The notes: a model not told the origin generated them from the sequence alone. Shown: positions 22,801 to 36,946, numbered from the stretch's first letter. The stretch is DNA of 64,000 bases from Eutreptiella sp. 'Long Island Sound 2002' (GCA_964036045.1 OZ038378.1:167400001-167464000); one strand, 5' to 3'. Translations and numbers: made by a program.

Positions 22801-25800
22801 CGTGCGCCAGAATCAACCCACGGTTCTATGGCAATTTTTGGCTTGAAAACACTGTCCAAGAACCACCCGCTGGTCACACGGCAAACACTGCTGGTTCCTG
22901 GGCACGGGGGGTACCCTTCGTCACCACCAGCCCCCTGCCCCCCCCCCCCCCCACATCCTATACCCCCTCTTAAGGGACTGGGTGGTGCTCCTGAACCTTC
23001 GCCCTGGCAGGTGGTGATAGTGGTAGGCGCTAAGACAGGCATTTCCGAGGGAGGGAGCTGCGATCGCAACACTACCCCTTGCTGTGCCCCTCCATCCCAT
23101 CGCCCCCATACTCCCTCTTCCTCGATCCTTCCCTCCTCAGGCCCTGCCGTTTCCCCTCCCTTAGGGTGCAGGGAACGTTCCGGTCTGCGCAGGGCAACTA
23201 TTTTGCCCTGCAGACCGCCCACCATGTGTTCTCCTGTCACGGTTGTGCGGTACCAGCGCTCCAATGGGGTGGCTGTTGTATTTTGCGTTTGACGTCTGGT
23301 AGGCGTAGTCGGCCCCCTCACCACCCGAGCACTGGAGGACGCCGCAACGCCTCCACCAAAGTCACCGTTTTCGGTCTCTTTGGGGACTACTTTTGGGGGT
23401 TTTCGGGTGCTACTTTTGGAGGGCATCTCTGGGGCTACTTGCGCGGACAATTGGCAAAAAGGTGCGCGGAGGGTCTACACAGGCAAACTCCAACTCAATG
23501 CCAGGGGACAGCTCCAAATGATTGTCTGCTGTCCCATGCTCTGCCAACCCTCGTACACCCACATGTACAAGTACACATGCATATATTGCCAGCTCTCCCA
23601 ACCAGAAGACACATGCTGTCTGTGTATGCAAAGTGGCGGGGGAAATGCTGTGACTCCTGTGTCAGTTATGTATCAGGGATGGTCGTTGAGGGTTGCATTG
23701 TCTGCAGGTTCAAAGCATTCCACCCTTTGATTGGTTGCCCACTGACAATTTGTTCGGCGCAATGTCAGGAAGCTGTGACTCAGACAAATCCACGCCTCAA
23801 CGGATGCTGGTTGGTTCTCGCGTGGTGATGCAATGCAGCAGCCCTCTTGAGGCACGGCTCCTTGTTGGGTTGTTGTGAATATCTGATCAGCCCTGTACAA
23901 GTCCTTAGGTTTGGGGTTTGGGAATGAAGCAATTAACTCATTCTGCAGTTGTAAATAGACCCGACCTTTCCAAAGCGGCCCTCACGTCACATCGTAGTGT
24001 ACAGTCCGGAGGGTTCAGGCCAAGGCATTTGACTCGCTGCTTTATTCTGAGTGTCGCCCTGTGAGTCATGTGCCCGGAGGCTGGCGGTGCACAGCCAACT
24101 TCAGGGTGATGTTGCTATTCGGTGATGTTGCTATTCTTCGGGGGCAGGTGACGACGCTGCGGCAAAGATGATCAAATCAACAACAGAGCAACAAGCAGGT
24201 TGATCCCAAACAATCACCTCAAAGAGGTTGTTAGATCAAGCGCAGACATGAGCAGTGCACATGGACCCCCTTTGGGGGTATTCATGTAGCATACCCCAAG
24301 GGGCTAAATCTTAAATGTTTTCATGTAGAACATCATTTCATGAGACCCCAAAATTGTTTTGAAATTTGGCCCCGCCAACTCCCCAAACCGAGTACCATTT
24401 TTCGGGTCTGGGGGTGGGGTTGGGGGGTCGTGCAAAATCCCGCAGTGGTGTTCGGGATGGTTCCCGCCCGTGGCCGGCTGGGAGCTGGGCACTGCTGTGA
24501 TCAGTTGAGTCGACCTGCCGGGGTCCTCCTGATAGGACTGAGCAGACCCTGGTGGCGAGTGCCAGATTTCGCTTGAGCAAACCGGCAGGGGTGATTGCTG
24601 TGACCGCCACCGGGGGCCTGCAGCACGGGTGCCACACCACGGTTGGGGGGCTGAGCGAAGGTTAATGCCGTATGGATCCTTAACGTCTTGACCACCACAA
24701 CCCGCCGCCATGGAGAAACAGAAATGGTGGGGTCAAGACAACGGCTTGGCGGACCCTCAGGAGAAGATCGACACTGCATCATGCGGTGAAGAATAAGCGG
24801 GTGACTATCCAGGGCCCCGTAAAAAAGCCACAGATGGACTAAATGTCACACAGGGGGTCAAAGAAGCCCCCCCCCCCATAATTTTTGCTCAAATCACTTT
24901 GTAATTTCTGGATTTAGAGACAAAATTTCTCCTTGACCCTCTTTGTACCCCCCCCCCCCCCTGTAAAAGCTACACCCTTTTCGGTAAAAATGTAGTGCAG
25001 CCACATAAGACATGGGTTTGGTGACAAATTTTGTCAGTTACATAGGGTCGTGGACACATTTGTTACTCTGCTTTTGGGGATATTTGTGCATTATATTCCC
25101 CTTTCTTGCACCAGCTCACCATGCAATCTTCTCTTTTTGAAACTGGGTGTCTATGGCCTTGTCCAAGCTACAGTAGGCGTAGGGACCGAATTCGTTTGGG
25201 ACTTTTGCGTAGCTTTTACAAGGGGGTGGGGGTATAAGCGGTGGGGTGCTTCGGGCACTTGAGTAGTTTTTAGGCAGTTTGTTCAGTGGCACACAGATTT
25301 TTTTTGGAAGTTTGAGTATTCAGGCCTTTCTGTGGGCCCTGTGATGGGTTTGGGTCATCGTTTGGTGATAATACACGTACTTGAGCACCCATGGGGACCC
25401 ACATAGTGGCTGATGGATCCATGTGGTGCCCCCCAAACCCCTGAACTCACCTCAAAGATAGGTTGTTAGATCAACCCCCCCCCTTTTTTGGGTTTGATGG
25501 CGTAGCATACCCAAGTTGTGGTATCGGATGTCTTGTAACCCCTTGTAAAATCATCATTTTTGGACAGAAAATGATCTCTGGATGAGTTTTTGGATTTTGA
25601 CCCCCCTACCCCCCCGGACCTGGGTACCCATTCTTGGGGGGTGGGGAGGGGTCGAAATTTCTATGCGTATTGCGGCCGCTGTTTGTGAATTTGGACCTCG
25701 GTCTTGAACAACTTTTTTCTTGTATATGGACCCCCTACTCCATGGCGGGGGTCCCGGCTCCAAACTCCGGGTATCCCCGGTCGGCCCCCAATATGGACCC

Positions 25801-26204
25801 TTGCCGTTAAGGACTTCTCGCGCTAGAAAGGCTAGAAAGGCTGTTTAGTGGCACTTGAAAAAATTTCAAAATTCGACTTTTTCCGAAACCCTTCTGTCGG
25901 CCCTAGGATGGGTTTGGGTGATTGTTTGGTGACAATATGGGTACTTGAGCACCCACAAGGTGCCACAAAGTGGCCGTTGGGCCCATGTACCACGAGCCAT
26001 GGGCCCCCCAAAAGCCTCAAAATTGTTGTTGGTAAGCGGTTTAGTGGCACGTGATGTGCGCACAAACCGCACTAGTAGTTTTCCACCCTGTGTTGCTCAA
26101 AAATGGGTATTTTTCGATTTTTTTTATTTTTGGGCCATTCACAATGATCAAATATCCTATATAAAGCATTTTTTAGACCCTCTTCATTTGGTTTTCAGGA
26201 CTAA

Positions 26205-26546
26205 CCGCGACCGCGGCCCCACAGCCCCTTCCCCTGGGACGATTTCGTTCGCCCCCTCCCGGGAGATGCGGTCCGCAACCAGCCACGCCTTCGGCCAAGG
26301 GCCCCGCCGGGCTGGCGGTGGCCTCGGGAGTTTGTCCAAGACCTGGTCCGGTGGGCTCGAGCGCCGGCCTGGGGGCCGGGGCCGGCGGAAGTGTCGTGGG
26401 CCGAGTTGGCCCTGGATTACGAGGCCTTTGTGGGGAGGGTGCTCCTTGCCTCCCGTGATCACCGCCTGCGGGGGGTGCGCCTCCCGCTGGGGGAAAGGGC
26501 CCAGGTCCTGCGCAAGGCCGTCGCGGTGCACTGCCAAAGGCAATAG
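26205..26546 (+). mobile_element. GC-rich stop-free fragment resembling the C-terminal region of a non-LTR retrotransposon ORF
   Basis: ATG-less open frame reading ...WRWPREFVQDLVRWARAPAWGPGPAEVSWAELALDYEAFVGR... The VSWxELxxDY/F pattern is one I associate with LINE ORF C-termini. It is a GC-rich island in AT-rich repeat DNA with no convincing splice sites. Confidence 0.4.
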
Positions 26547-28556
26547 AATTTCCAAACTGATTTCCTTTTGGATATCTTGGCCACTCGCAGTCATCAAATA
26601 TCTTATGTAAAGCATGTTTTAGACCCTTTTTATGTGTCCCCCCCCCCTATTTCGGTGTTTTTGGATGCGGGCAAGGGCCTAGGGCACAATCTGCTTGTGC
26701 AATTTTCCACCCTCTGCGGCACAAAAATGGAATTTCCGAAACCGATTTTCTTGATATTCTGACCATTTACAATGATCAAACCAGCTGTCCCCACAGGCGT
26801 CCACTTGTGGACATGCATGACCTGCATGAAGTTTGTGGTTATGGTTTTAGTGGTTGTACATACGCTAGGCTCACGCCTAACTGCGTCTGCTTTGTTCATA
26901 GCTCATATGCGAACTTTGGACTCATGTGGCGCCGGAACACAAAAAAAAATTACAATGATCAAATATCTTATGTAAAGCATGTTTTAGACCCTGTTCATAT
27001 GTTTTTCATGCGCCTGAACCCGACTCGGCCCACCTCCCCGCCCCTGGGGTCGGGGGCTCCGGAACGACTTTGTGACTGATTGACTGACTGTGCTCCCTCT
27101 TCCAGGTGCCTTGCTGATAGGCAATAGAATTGCTGTTTCAGGGTTTTCAGTGGCAATTTCCAAAAAGCAAAATAGCTGTTCTAACAAGGAAGGTCCTTGT
27201 CGAAAATCTTTTGTGACAAAATGTTTTTTCCAATTAAAACCTGTTTTCAACAAAAAGTTTTTTCAACAAAAAAAACCCCCACAAACCTTTTTTCAGCAAA
27301 AAAAATTTTCAACACAACTTTTTTTCCAACAAAAAGTTTCTAGGAAAATTGCTTTCCTAACAAAATTTTCTAACAAAAATCCTTTTTGCAATCCAAAATT
27401 TTTTCAACAAAAATATTTTCCAACAAAGAATTTCTTTTAAAAACAAATTTCTTTGCAACGATTTTTTTTTTCAAATTTCAAATTTCACCGAAAATTCTTT
27501 TGCATCTAACGGTATACCCAAATGCTGCCAAAATGGCACTTGGCTGGCCAACTGGCCGGAACTGATTTTTTCAACTCATGTGTGCGGCGCAACGTGCAAA
27601 AATGTTTCCGTTTTCGCCGGGAGCGAGTTTGGGTGGATTCGACTCGCTTAAAAATCCGACGTTTCCCCACCAGAGTCCACCCCTGAGGAGACCCCCACTG
27701 CATGCATTTCTTCCATGGGCTCCAAACCCGCTGTTGCTTGGACAAGGTGTCCTTCAGAGGAACCCCCCCCACCAACCCAGGTATAGACACATTTGCTGCC
27801 ACCAAGGCAATCCACTTGTCACAACCCATTGCATTTTGACATTCTATTGCCTCACCCTGCTTGCGTCCAAGAACACGTTCCTAACATATTTGGAGTGGTC
27901 TTGTGCATGGCCAAACCGGGTTCTGGTGCTGTTGCAGAGGGAAGGGGATGAATCGGAGGGGGCTGAGTACAGCACGGACGTTAGTGACACCCGCTTGCGC
28001 CCGCATTTTTTGGACGGCTTAAGTGCCGGCATGAGCCAGACGTGAACAAAGCATTGCAGGGGGGTTAATCAAAAGTAATCCTGAAGGAGCCTAAAGGCCC
28101 TGAGACTGACCTGAAACCCAATCAAAGGGAGCGCCTCACAGTGTGTTGCTGGGCAGCATGGACATTGGTGGCCGCGCCTCACGGCGCCTTGCGGGACAAC
28201 CCGGACAATGTTTGTTGCGCCTTCACCACGTCGAGACATGTTGTACTGTTGTGGATGCAGCGGCCATCGCTGATTTGTGGCCCAGCAACAGTGGGTGTCA
28301 GTTCTGTCACTGTCAACCATGGTCTTTGGTGAATAGTGTTTGCCCTTGTGGGTGTGGTGGTCCTTGCGAGTCTGCGCCAGTGCCCTTGCGAGTCTGCGCC
28401 GGTGCCCCCTGGAGCAAAGCAAGCCGATGCGTCACTGCTCTGAAACCTGGGTCGAACCCCTGGAACCAGTCCCATGGCACTCTGGTACAGCCCCTCCCTG
28501 AGGCTGTACCGGAGGTGGGGGGTCGATGACGAGAACGTATCGAAGACACACACACT

Positions 28557-28557
<1 letters not shown>

Positions 28558-28599
<42 letters not shown>
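28558..28599 (+). repeat. (AG)21 microsatellite ending 8 nt upstream of the ART start codon
   Basis: Direct reading of the sequence. Confidence 0.95.
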
Positions 28600-28601
<2 letters not shown>

Positions 28602-28606
28602 CCGCA

Positions 28607-29791
28607 ATGATGTCGGAAGCCCTCGCTCTTGTGGCTCACCTGCGCGCTGCCCGTGTGCCTGTCCGCTCCGCGTATCCGCAGTGGGCTTTTGCCATGTCCG
28701 AAGACGCCGGCCCCGGCGCTGACAAGGTCGCGGCACCAGGCCGCCTCATTTTCGAGCCCCTCCAGCAGCTCCGCCAAGCGTGGGACGCGCAGAAGGCGGA
28801 CCACCACGTCGGCTGGTGCGAGATGGTGTCGTCGCTGAGCACGTTCGCGCGCGACGTGGTGACGTGGATCGCGCTCCAGCCCAACCCGGGGGCCTACATG
28901 AAGCCGGCCCTGGTCGCGAAGACCCTCAGGGACTGCGAGCAGCTCCTGGACACCCTCGCCGTCGTGCAGCACCGCCTGTTCGGCCGCCACGCGGACAACC
29001 CCGCGGCGCCCGCGCGGAGCGCGGACGGCGTTCTGCACGCGGACGACGGTATTTTCCCGCTCTTTGACGGGGCCGTGCCCACGGCCCTGCGGGACGCGCT
29101 CGATCTGGCGGCCGAAGGCGCCAAGCACCCGGAGGGCAGCGGTGGCCAGCCGGCCCCCCTGTCGGTAGACGACGTCCTGGCGGCGGTGCGGGACCGGCCC
29201 TGCCCCGCCATCACCGGCTACACCCTCGAGACCCCGCTGTACCTCATGTGCAATCGGGCCATGCGCGAGTGGAAGCACCGCCCGGTGGCGTTCGAGGAGA
29301 CGTGGCGGCCGTTCGCGCACTGCCTCGACCGCGAGCTGCGGGGGCTGCCAGGGTACGAGGGCGACGCGTACCGCGCGGTGGGCTTCCGTGTGCCGCGGGA
29401 CCTGTACGCGGAAGGGGCCGTGGTGACGTGGAACCAGCCCTCCAGCGCCAGTGAGGACGCCCGAGTGGCGCGGGAGAATCTCAGCGCAGGCGACGCCGGA
29501 GGCCGTGACTGCCCTCAGGGGACGCTGCTGGTTCTCCGGTCGGAGGGCGGCGGGCGGGCAGTGGGCAAGCACTCGGCATACCCCGAGGAGAAGGAGGTGC
29601 TGTTCCCCGCCGGGACGCAGTTCCAGGTGCTGCGGCGGGGGACGGAGGGGCTCAAGCAGCGGCTGGGGGCCGCCATGCAGTGCTCGCTCGCGGACGTCGA
29701 TGTGTACGAGTTGCGGGAGGTTGAGCTGCTGGACGGTTGGAGGGGACTGAAACGGTACGTGGACCCGGTGCGCAACGCAGAGCTACTGCAG
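28607..29791 (+). CDS. Exon 1 of an ADP-ribosyltransferase-ankyrin protein: helical N-domain plus R-S-E (ARTC-type) mono-ART domain
   Basis: YTLETPLYLMCNRAMR, AYRAV (catalytic Arg), WNQPSSAS (S-x-S) and SAYPEEKEVLFPAGTQFQV (E-x-E). Strong GC3 coding bias ends at the putative donor CTGCAG|GTGGTG (29792). The in-frame ATG at 28607 follows the (AG)n tract. Confidence 0.85.
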
Positions 29792-31060
29792 GTGGTGTCC
29801 CCTCGGCGCCCTTCCCATCGGCAATCGTGCGATCGCACCTCCAACCATCCCTCCAACGAGATTCCGGCCGGTCGAGAGATGAGAGCATACGGCACACCTG
29901 TGCGTCCAGGTTCAAACCCAAGTTCAGAGAAACTGCCCCGTCGGACTCTGTTGAGCACCTAAGGTCGAGGGTGCGAACCCGAGTATTGACCTCGTTGGTT
30001 GGGACCACGCCTCGTCGCTGCACTGGCGTGTCGGTGAGTGGTCGGCCGGGACTTTGGCAGGAGTCAATTTTGTGTGGAAAATTTCGTTTTTCAGATTGGG
30101 GCCAAAATTTTACCCACGAATTTTTTTGAGCGCAATTTGGAACAGGCAAAGGCAAAAAGGTGTGCTTCATATATAGAAGAGCCCTGGCACAAGTGATGTG
30201 CTGTATAAAACAAAGAGGCAGCCTCATCACACCCCTTCCCGGAGGCATTACCCCCCTCAATATGGAGAGCCAACCCCAGGCCTACGCCTATGGCTTGCAG
30301 AGAAAGAGCCATTCCATACGGATGTTAGAGGTGCTTCACCATCTACTCCTAAGGACATCGCCTCCACAAGGGCAAGAGCAAGGCTCCGCCAGCGGGGCGG
30401 TAGAACTGGGTCCAAGCGCAGGTGTTCCGATGCTGAAGTTGTTCTCTTTTGTCGAAGTCCACGGGCCCAAGGGAGGTGCGTTGTCCAAACACCACAAGGT
30501 GCTGTGTGCAATCTGTGTTCTCCGCAAGGTCAGAGAAGGAAGCCACCCTGCACACCCACATTAGGCACCGGGTGGACGGTTTGGAGGGGGGGTGTTGCAA
30601 GCACTGGGGAACACACGTTCTTGGGATTTGCCTTGGCATCCATGCATGTGGTCCATGGTGGGTGCGACCACCCCGAACTTGGCTTGCAATCCGGGCAATA
30701 CAGGCTGTGCTGGGCAGCAAGCGTAGCCTAGTGCGGGCCTCTACGTGTGTCGTTTAGCGCGATTCTGAGGGCTTGGCAAACACAAACAGTTGGGGGCTGC
30801 CTGTCGAGTGGCCTGGCAACTGGATTTCTAGCCACACGACGCGAGGCGAACCCTATCTTGGCCTTCGCCTGATCTTCGATGAATCGGGCCAGAATGGTGC
30901 CAACACGGCCCAAGGGCGGGCAAAGACGAGGCCTGGGTGGACGCAGGCTCACGTTGGTGCTGTTGGTTCATGGGGCCAGGGGTGCAAGCAAAGCCACGCA
31001 GTGTTGCATGTGCCGCGTTGCACGCGCTGCTGGCGCCCCAGCGCAGGTTTCGGGCTGCAG

Positions 31061-31393
31061 GTCGTGGAGAACGCGCCCACACGGAAGGGCTTCCGGCGTG
31101 GAGCCTCGGACGACGTGACCGCGACGCCGCTGACTACTCTGCTGCGGGCGACGAGAGATGATGGGTCGACGACGACGGTGCTGCACCTGGCGGCCTCCGT
31201 GGAGGACAACCTGCCGGCGGTGCAGCTCGTTTGTGCTCGCCTCGCCCCGAACGAGGGGCAGCGAAGGGACGGTGCGGGTCGGACTGCCCTGGACGTGACC
31301 AAGAGCGGGCCCACGGCGGTGTACCTGGCCAAGCGGTTTCCCGTGCTGCAATCCCCTGACGATGCGTACCGCATGATTCCATGGATTTGCGAG
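31061..31393 (+). CDS. Exon 2 of the ART-ankyrin gene (ankyrin-like segment)
   Basis: GC-rich coding-like segment between acceptor GGCTGCAG| and donor GAG|GTGCGT, both phase 0. Contains TTVLHLAAS and RDGAGRTALDV ankyrin signatures. Confidence 0.65.
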
Positions 31394-32160
31394 GTGCGTG
31401 GGCCGATCCCCCGCGGGAAAGGGGCATGCGGCGCAAACAGGCCAACGGGGTGGCATGTGGGGGGCAGCAACAGGGCCATACGGACCTGTGCCGTAGTCCT
31501 GCGTCCGCAGTGATTGCGTTGTGAGGATCAGAGGATGAAAACACCGTCGCCGACGTCAACCGGCGCGCTCCTGCACGACAATGTGGAGCGCTGGAGGGAA
31601 CACACAAACCCGTCTCAAATGTTCGATGCACAGCTGCTCTACTTCAAGCGAATTTGATGGCCGCAAAGGCGCAGCATGCTGTGGCTGAACACTAGGAACC
31701 ACGGTAGCAATCGGTTGCCTCATTGCTTGCGCTGTTCGGTTTCCCACCCCAGAAGCCCCGCTACAGTCCACAGCACGTGTGGTAGCCTCGGCTTGGGTTC
31801 CGGGCGCCCTCCGATTGTTGTTGACCCCCCACAGCGGCGCCATGCATGCCTGACCCCGTGCGAGGCGCGAGGTGCACCCAGGCAATGAACGCGAACAGGG
31901 TCGCGCTGTAGTGAGCAAACTCTGTGTAACATGTGCCTCAGGGTACCGAGCTCCTCACCACCCGAAACATCAACTGAGGCGTGATCCTGTGTCACTCAGT
32001 AGCATCGTTGTTCTCACCCATGAATTCCCGATGGGTGCTTCCATCCGGTTCTCCAGCAATCTGTGGCCACGGGGCCTCCATTGCAAACTGCAGTGGCGAG
32101 ACCTACACACACTGCCCCTTTCCCACAGGGAGGACACACAGTAAGAGCCAGTGGTCGGGT

Positions 32161-32606
<446 letters not shown>

Positions 32607-33120
32607 GTCACTCAGCCATCGCCGCAGTATCCAGGCAGAATTGGGCTGTCCAGCAGACCCGGGCGGACTTCTCCATAGCAAGGAGGTATATCGGGGCAGG
32701 CCCGGGCGCCCGGGTCGTAAGGGGGAAGCCTGGTGGCACTCTGTCCGCGCGGACATACACGGCACTCTTTCCCACGGATACCCGAATGCAACGCCAATCC
32801 GGTAACGTCCACCTGCACTAAGCTCAAGTGAAACCGCCTGCAGCGGCCAGAGAGCCAAACAAGCACCCAAATCCCTGTTTTCCATCCCCAACTCCATCTC
32901 CAGTCAATTCTATGATGCAAAAAACTTTTCTGCCACCCAAATCAATGGTGTCACCCGGATCAGCTATGATTTCCAGTCAGTTCTGCAGACGTGCATGCCC
33001 CCTGCATTAATGGCCACCATTTGCTGCACGGTGGGGCATAAGCCATGAAGGCCTGTAAGGCCCGTTCCATCGCATGAGGCCCACTGTTATGTGGATCCGA
33101 ACGTTGCCTCATTCTCACAG

Positions 33121-34371
33121 GCCGGTCAAGTTGACCTACTCCGGGTCTACGCATTGGGGCAAGATGAGGGTATCTGTTGCCTTGCGCTGCGGACCGCCAG
33201 CAAGTACGGACGCAAGGAATGCATCGAGTTCTTGGTGCAGGAGTGCAACGCCGACGTCAACCGTGCCTCAGAAGATGGCACTACTGCGTTGATAGAAGCA
33301 ACACAAAACGGACAACAGGCGTGCCTTGAGTTTCTGGTGCGTGAGTGCGACGCCGACGTCAATCACGCCGCCAACGACGGGTACACTGCATTGATCTTTG
33401 CAGCGCTCAATGGGCACCGAGGGTGCATGGAGTTCTTGGTGCGGCACTGCGAGGTCGATGTCAACCACGCAGATAATGATGGCTACACTGCGTTGATGAC
33501 AGCGACGTACAGCGGACATCGGGAGTGCGTGGAGTTCTTGACCCGCGAGTGCAACGCCGATGTCGGCCTCGCCTCCAACGACGGCCACACCGCGTTGATC
33601 TTGGCCGCGCGGAGTGGACACCGGGGCTGCCTCGAGTTTCTTGTGCGGGAGTGCCAGGCGGATGTTAACAGCGTCCTCAACGATGGCTACACGGCGTTGA
33701 TGCTGGCGACCCACGGCGGACACCGGGGCTGCGTGGAGTTCTTGGGGCGCGAGTGCGGCGCCGACGTCAACCGCGTCGCACACGATGGCTACACGGCGTT
33801 GATTTTGGCGGCGACCGGGCACCAGGACTGCCTGAAGTTCTTGGTGCAGGAGTGCAAGGCGGATGTCAACCACACCATCAACGACGGCTACACGGCGCTG
33901 ATGATGGCCACGCACAGCGGGCACCAGGGCTGCGTGGAGTTGTTGGTGCGTGAGTGTGGCGCGGACGTCAACCGCGCCAACAACGCCGGCCACACAGCGT
34001 TGATTCTGGCCGCACAAAACGGACATCGGGGCTGCATTGAGTTGTTCGTGCATGAGGGCCAGGCCGATGTCAACCATGCGGCCCATGATGGGTGCACTGC
34101 GCTGATGAGAGCTGCGCTGAACGGACACCAGGGGTGCCTCGAGTTTTTGGTGCGGGAGTGCAAGGCCGACGTCAACCATGCTGACAACGATGGGTATACC
34201 GCGCTGATGGAAGCGGCACAAAATGGACACCAGGGGTGCATTGAGTTTTTGACTTGGGAGTGCAAGGCCGATGTCAACCACGCTGCGTTTGATGGGTATA
34301 CGGCGTTGATGATCGCGGAAGAAAATGGGCACCATGAATGTGTTGCACTGCTGCAATCTGCCATGGCGCAG
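33121..34371 (+). CDS. Exon 3 of the ART-ankyrin gene: ~12 tandem ankyrin repeats (34-aa period)
   Basis: Consensus GYTALxxAAxxGHxGCxEFLVRECxADVNxxxND is repeated about 12 times. Acceptor TTCTCACAG| at 33120 gives the in-frame join WICE|AGQVDLLR. Putative donor GCAG|GTATCG at 34372; otherwise the ORF runs to a stop at 34488. Confidence 0.9.
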
Positions 34372-34877
34372 GTATCGGCAGGGTTTTGGCTTGTGCGTGA
34401 AATGTTGCGGTTGTCAGAAGTCACCCCTGCCCCCCTCCCCCCCCCGCATTGGATGTGTGCACCCTCAACACAATCAACCAAACACTAAGGTGGATCATAC
34501 CGGATGGAGGCCCGGCCGTGGGAATGGTCTAAAGTTGGACCTGGGCCCAACCAGAGGGGTTGGCAAGTGCCCCAGCGGAAGGTGGCTTGAAGGCCTACAT
34601 TACCACGGCCTTGGGCAAGGAGGTGGCAAGGAAGTGTGCAGCTTTCCAGAAACAGAAGCCAAGAGAGGTGCACCAATATCATGAGCACATTGCGGGCGTG
34701 TGGGATAGCAACCAACCACACCCGGTGCTTAGGGAGCGAGAGCAAGTGTCGGTGGTAGTGGTAGGGACGGAGGAGGGGTGAGCAAAAAATGGTGTGCCCG
34801 GTGGTTGGGAACGGGAGGAGCACACGTGGAAAAGGAAGCCACAAGTGCAACAACAACACCGGGTGTGACAATAGCAC

Positions 34878-35519
34878 ATGCAGAAGCGAAAAGGCAAGCA
34901 TAGTGGACCCGGAAGCGGGGTCACAAACACAGGGCCCCAAGTATGCATGTGGCCATTAAGGGCCAAAGAGGGAGCGGTACGGTGCGGCAATGGATATTGG
35001 ATGCACCTCACGTGTGGAGGAGTAACCGTGTCCAAAGCCAAGCAAGTGTTCCGCAACAACAGGGTGTTCCAATGCAGCTACAGAAAAGCCAGAACAGCCA
35101 AATGGTTGCATGTGGCAAGAGCGAGGCAGCAACACAGGAGGCAAAAAGAATTCCAAGACGTGAGGGAGGAGCCTGGAGCCTAGGGGGGGCGGCAGCGCAA
35201 AGAGTAGGAAGAAGTGGTGGGGGCAAGGGGGTCCCTGATTAAGGTGGGAGAGAGGACAAAGTTGATGGGTGTGCAAAAGAAAAAAGAGTTGGAGAGGAAG
35301 AGGGGGGAGGTGGCGAGCGTTGTGCAAGAACAAGGGAAGGTGAGAGTAAGACTGGATTGCGGCAAGCACGTACTAGTGTCTGCGGAAAGAGTGGCAAGGG
35401 GACAAGGTGTGGAGCACGTGAATGAGGCCGCAGATCCAACGGCAACACAACAAGTGCACCAAGAGGATGAAAGGGGAGGAAGGGAAGCAGTGAACAAGGG
35501 GAGAAAAAGAGCAAAATGA
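34878..35519 (+). mobile_element. Frameshifted retroelement-like relic with a degenerate PHD finger and a KOW/SH3-like segment
   Basis: VCMWPLRAKEGAVRCGNGYWMHLTCGG...VFQCSY (34941-35078) follows PHD spacing but lacks several Cys. IKVGERTKLMGVQKKKELERKRGEV...GKVRVRLDCGKHVLV resembles a KOW-like barrel. The frames are interrupted and purine-rich. Confidence 0.35.
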
Positions 35520-36946
35520 TGGAGGCACAGAGGAAGGGGGAGAAGAGGCGAAAGCAAGGGGGAGAACTGGAAATGGGGAATGGGGTGAGGCTCGTAGGGA
35601 CAGGAATTTGGAAGAGCAAAGGGGAGTGGTAGAGGAGATCCACTAGGACAAAGTGCGGATACTCTTGGTGGGAGGTATGGCCCCCTCACAACAACTTTGA
35701 CTGTACTCTTACAATCATAGTGTGTCGTCCTCTTCAGCGCAATGTTTTATTGTTTTGAGCACACACACCGCACACACACTATAGCCTAGGACTCAGCGAT
35801 TGTATGGCCGATTGCCGAGTGCCGGTTTTTACCAACATGAACTGAGCAGGATAGTAGTCGAGCATGAAGACAATGAGTATATTACAGTTGTCACTTTCCC
35901 ATGGCGCCCGCAACTGAATTTCCAAGACTTGTTTGTGGCATCAGGTCCGTATAACTATGCGCCCACACCCTATTCATAGACATATGCAGCGTGTACATAG
36001 CATCTCAAAGACTTTCAAAAATGTTGCAATGGAATCATGATTGAGTCCAGGTGGCACCCATGCCATGCGAGGGAATGGACACAACACACACACTATGGAC
36101 ACAAGTGGGGGCTGGGGGGGCACATGATGCGCTTGCCAACAAGAAGGACTGAGCGTTGGAATGGAAAGGCAGAAGGTTGTTATGTGCCCCCATCGGGGAA
36201 ACGACCCCGCAAGTGGACATCCTAGCCACGGGGGGGCGGCCGGGCCCGGTCCTTGTATGCGACCCCCCCCCCCCCCCCGCCCCTCCCCCAGCTCTGTCGT
36301 CCCAAATTTCAGCCACCACAAAGCGAGGGTGCAGGCCGTGGGCTGGTTCCCCTTGGGGACCAGGAAACAGGGGAGCAGACCTTTTGCTGCCCCTACCCCC
36401 CCCCCCAACAGAAATGGGGCCGGACCGAAAGTAGGCCCAGCACCCCCCCCCCCCCCCTCTAGTCGGCCCATTTTTAAGCCACCACAAAGTGAGGGTGCTG
36501 GCCGTGGGCTGTTTTCCCCTTTCCGGGGACCAGGAAAATGGCCCAAAGAATGCATGGTCAGAACAGTGTCGACCTGTGCGATCATGAAGGAGGGTCCGTA
36601 ATGAAAAGCACCACCCGATGACTGTATAACCAGAGCGGCAGAAACCCTTGCGGTTATACAATAGGGTGCACACAAGTCACCCCCTATTTTCCCCTGCAGA
36701 AGCAACCAAAACCAACAACACCAACATGAGGTGCGCAGCGTAAACGAAACGTAAACAAGCAATCGGACACCGCAGCAACAGATGGCAGATACAGATGGAC
36801 CCATGGACTGCATCACTGCCCATGCCCAGGAAGAGACCAAGGACATTCCCCAGCATGTAGCAGTACAGAGGATGATGCTATACCACCAAGTCCATGAAGC
36901 GTCCGGGTTGTGTCTTCTGCCCAAGTACATATCCAGCAATTATCTG

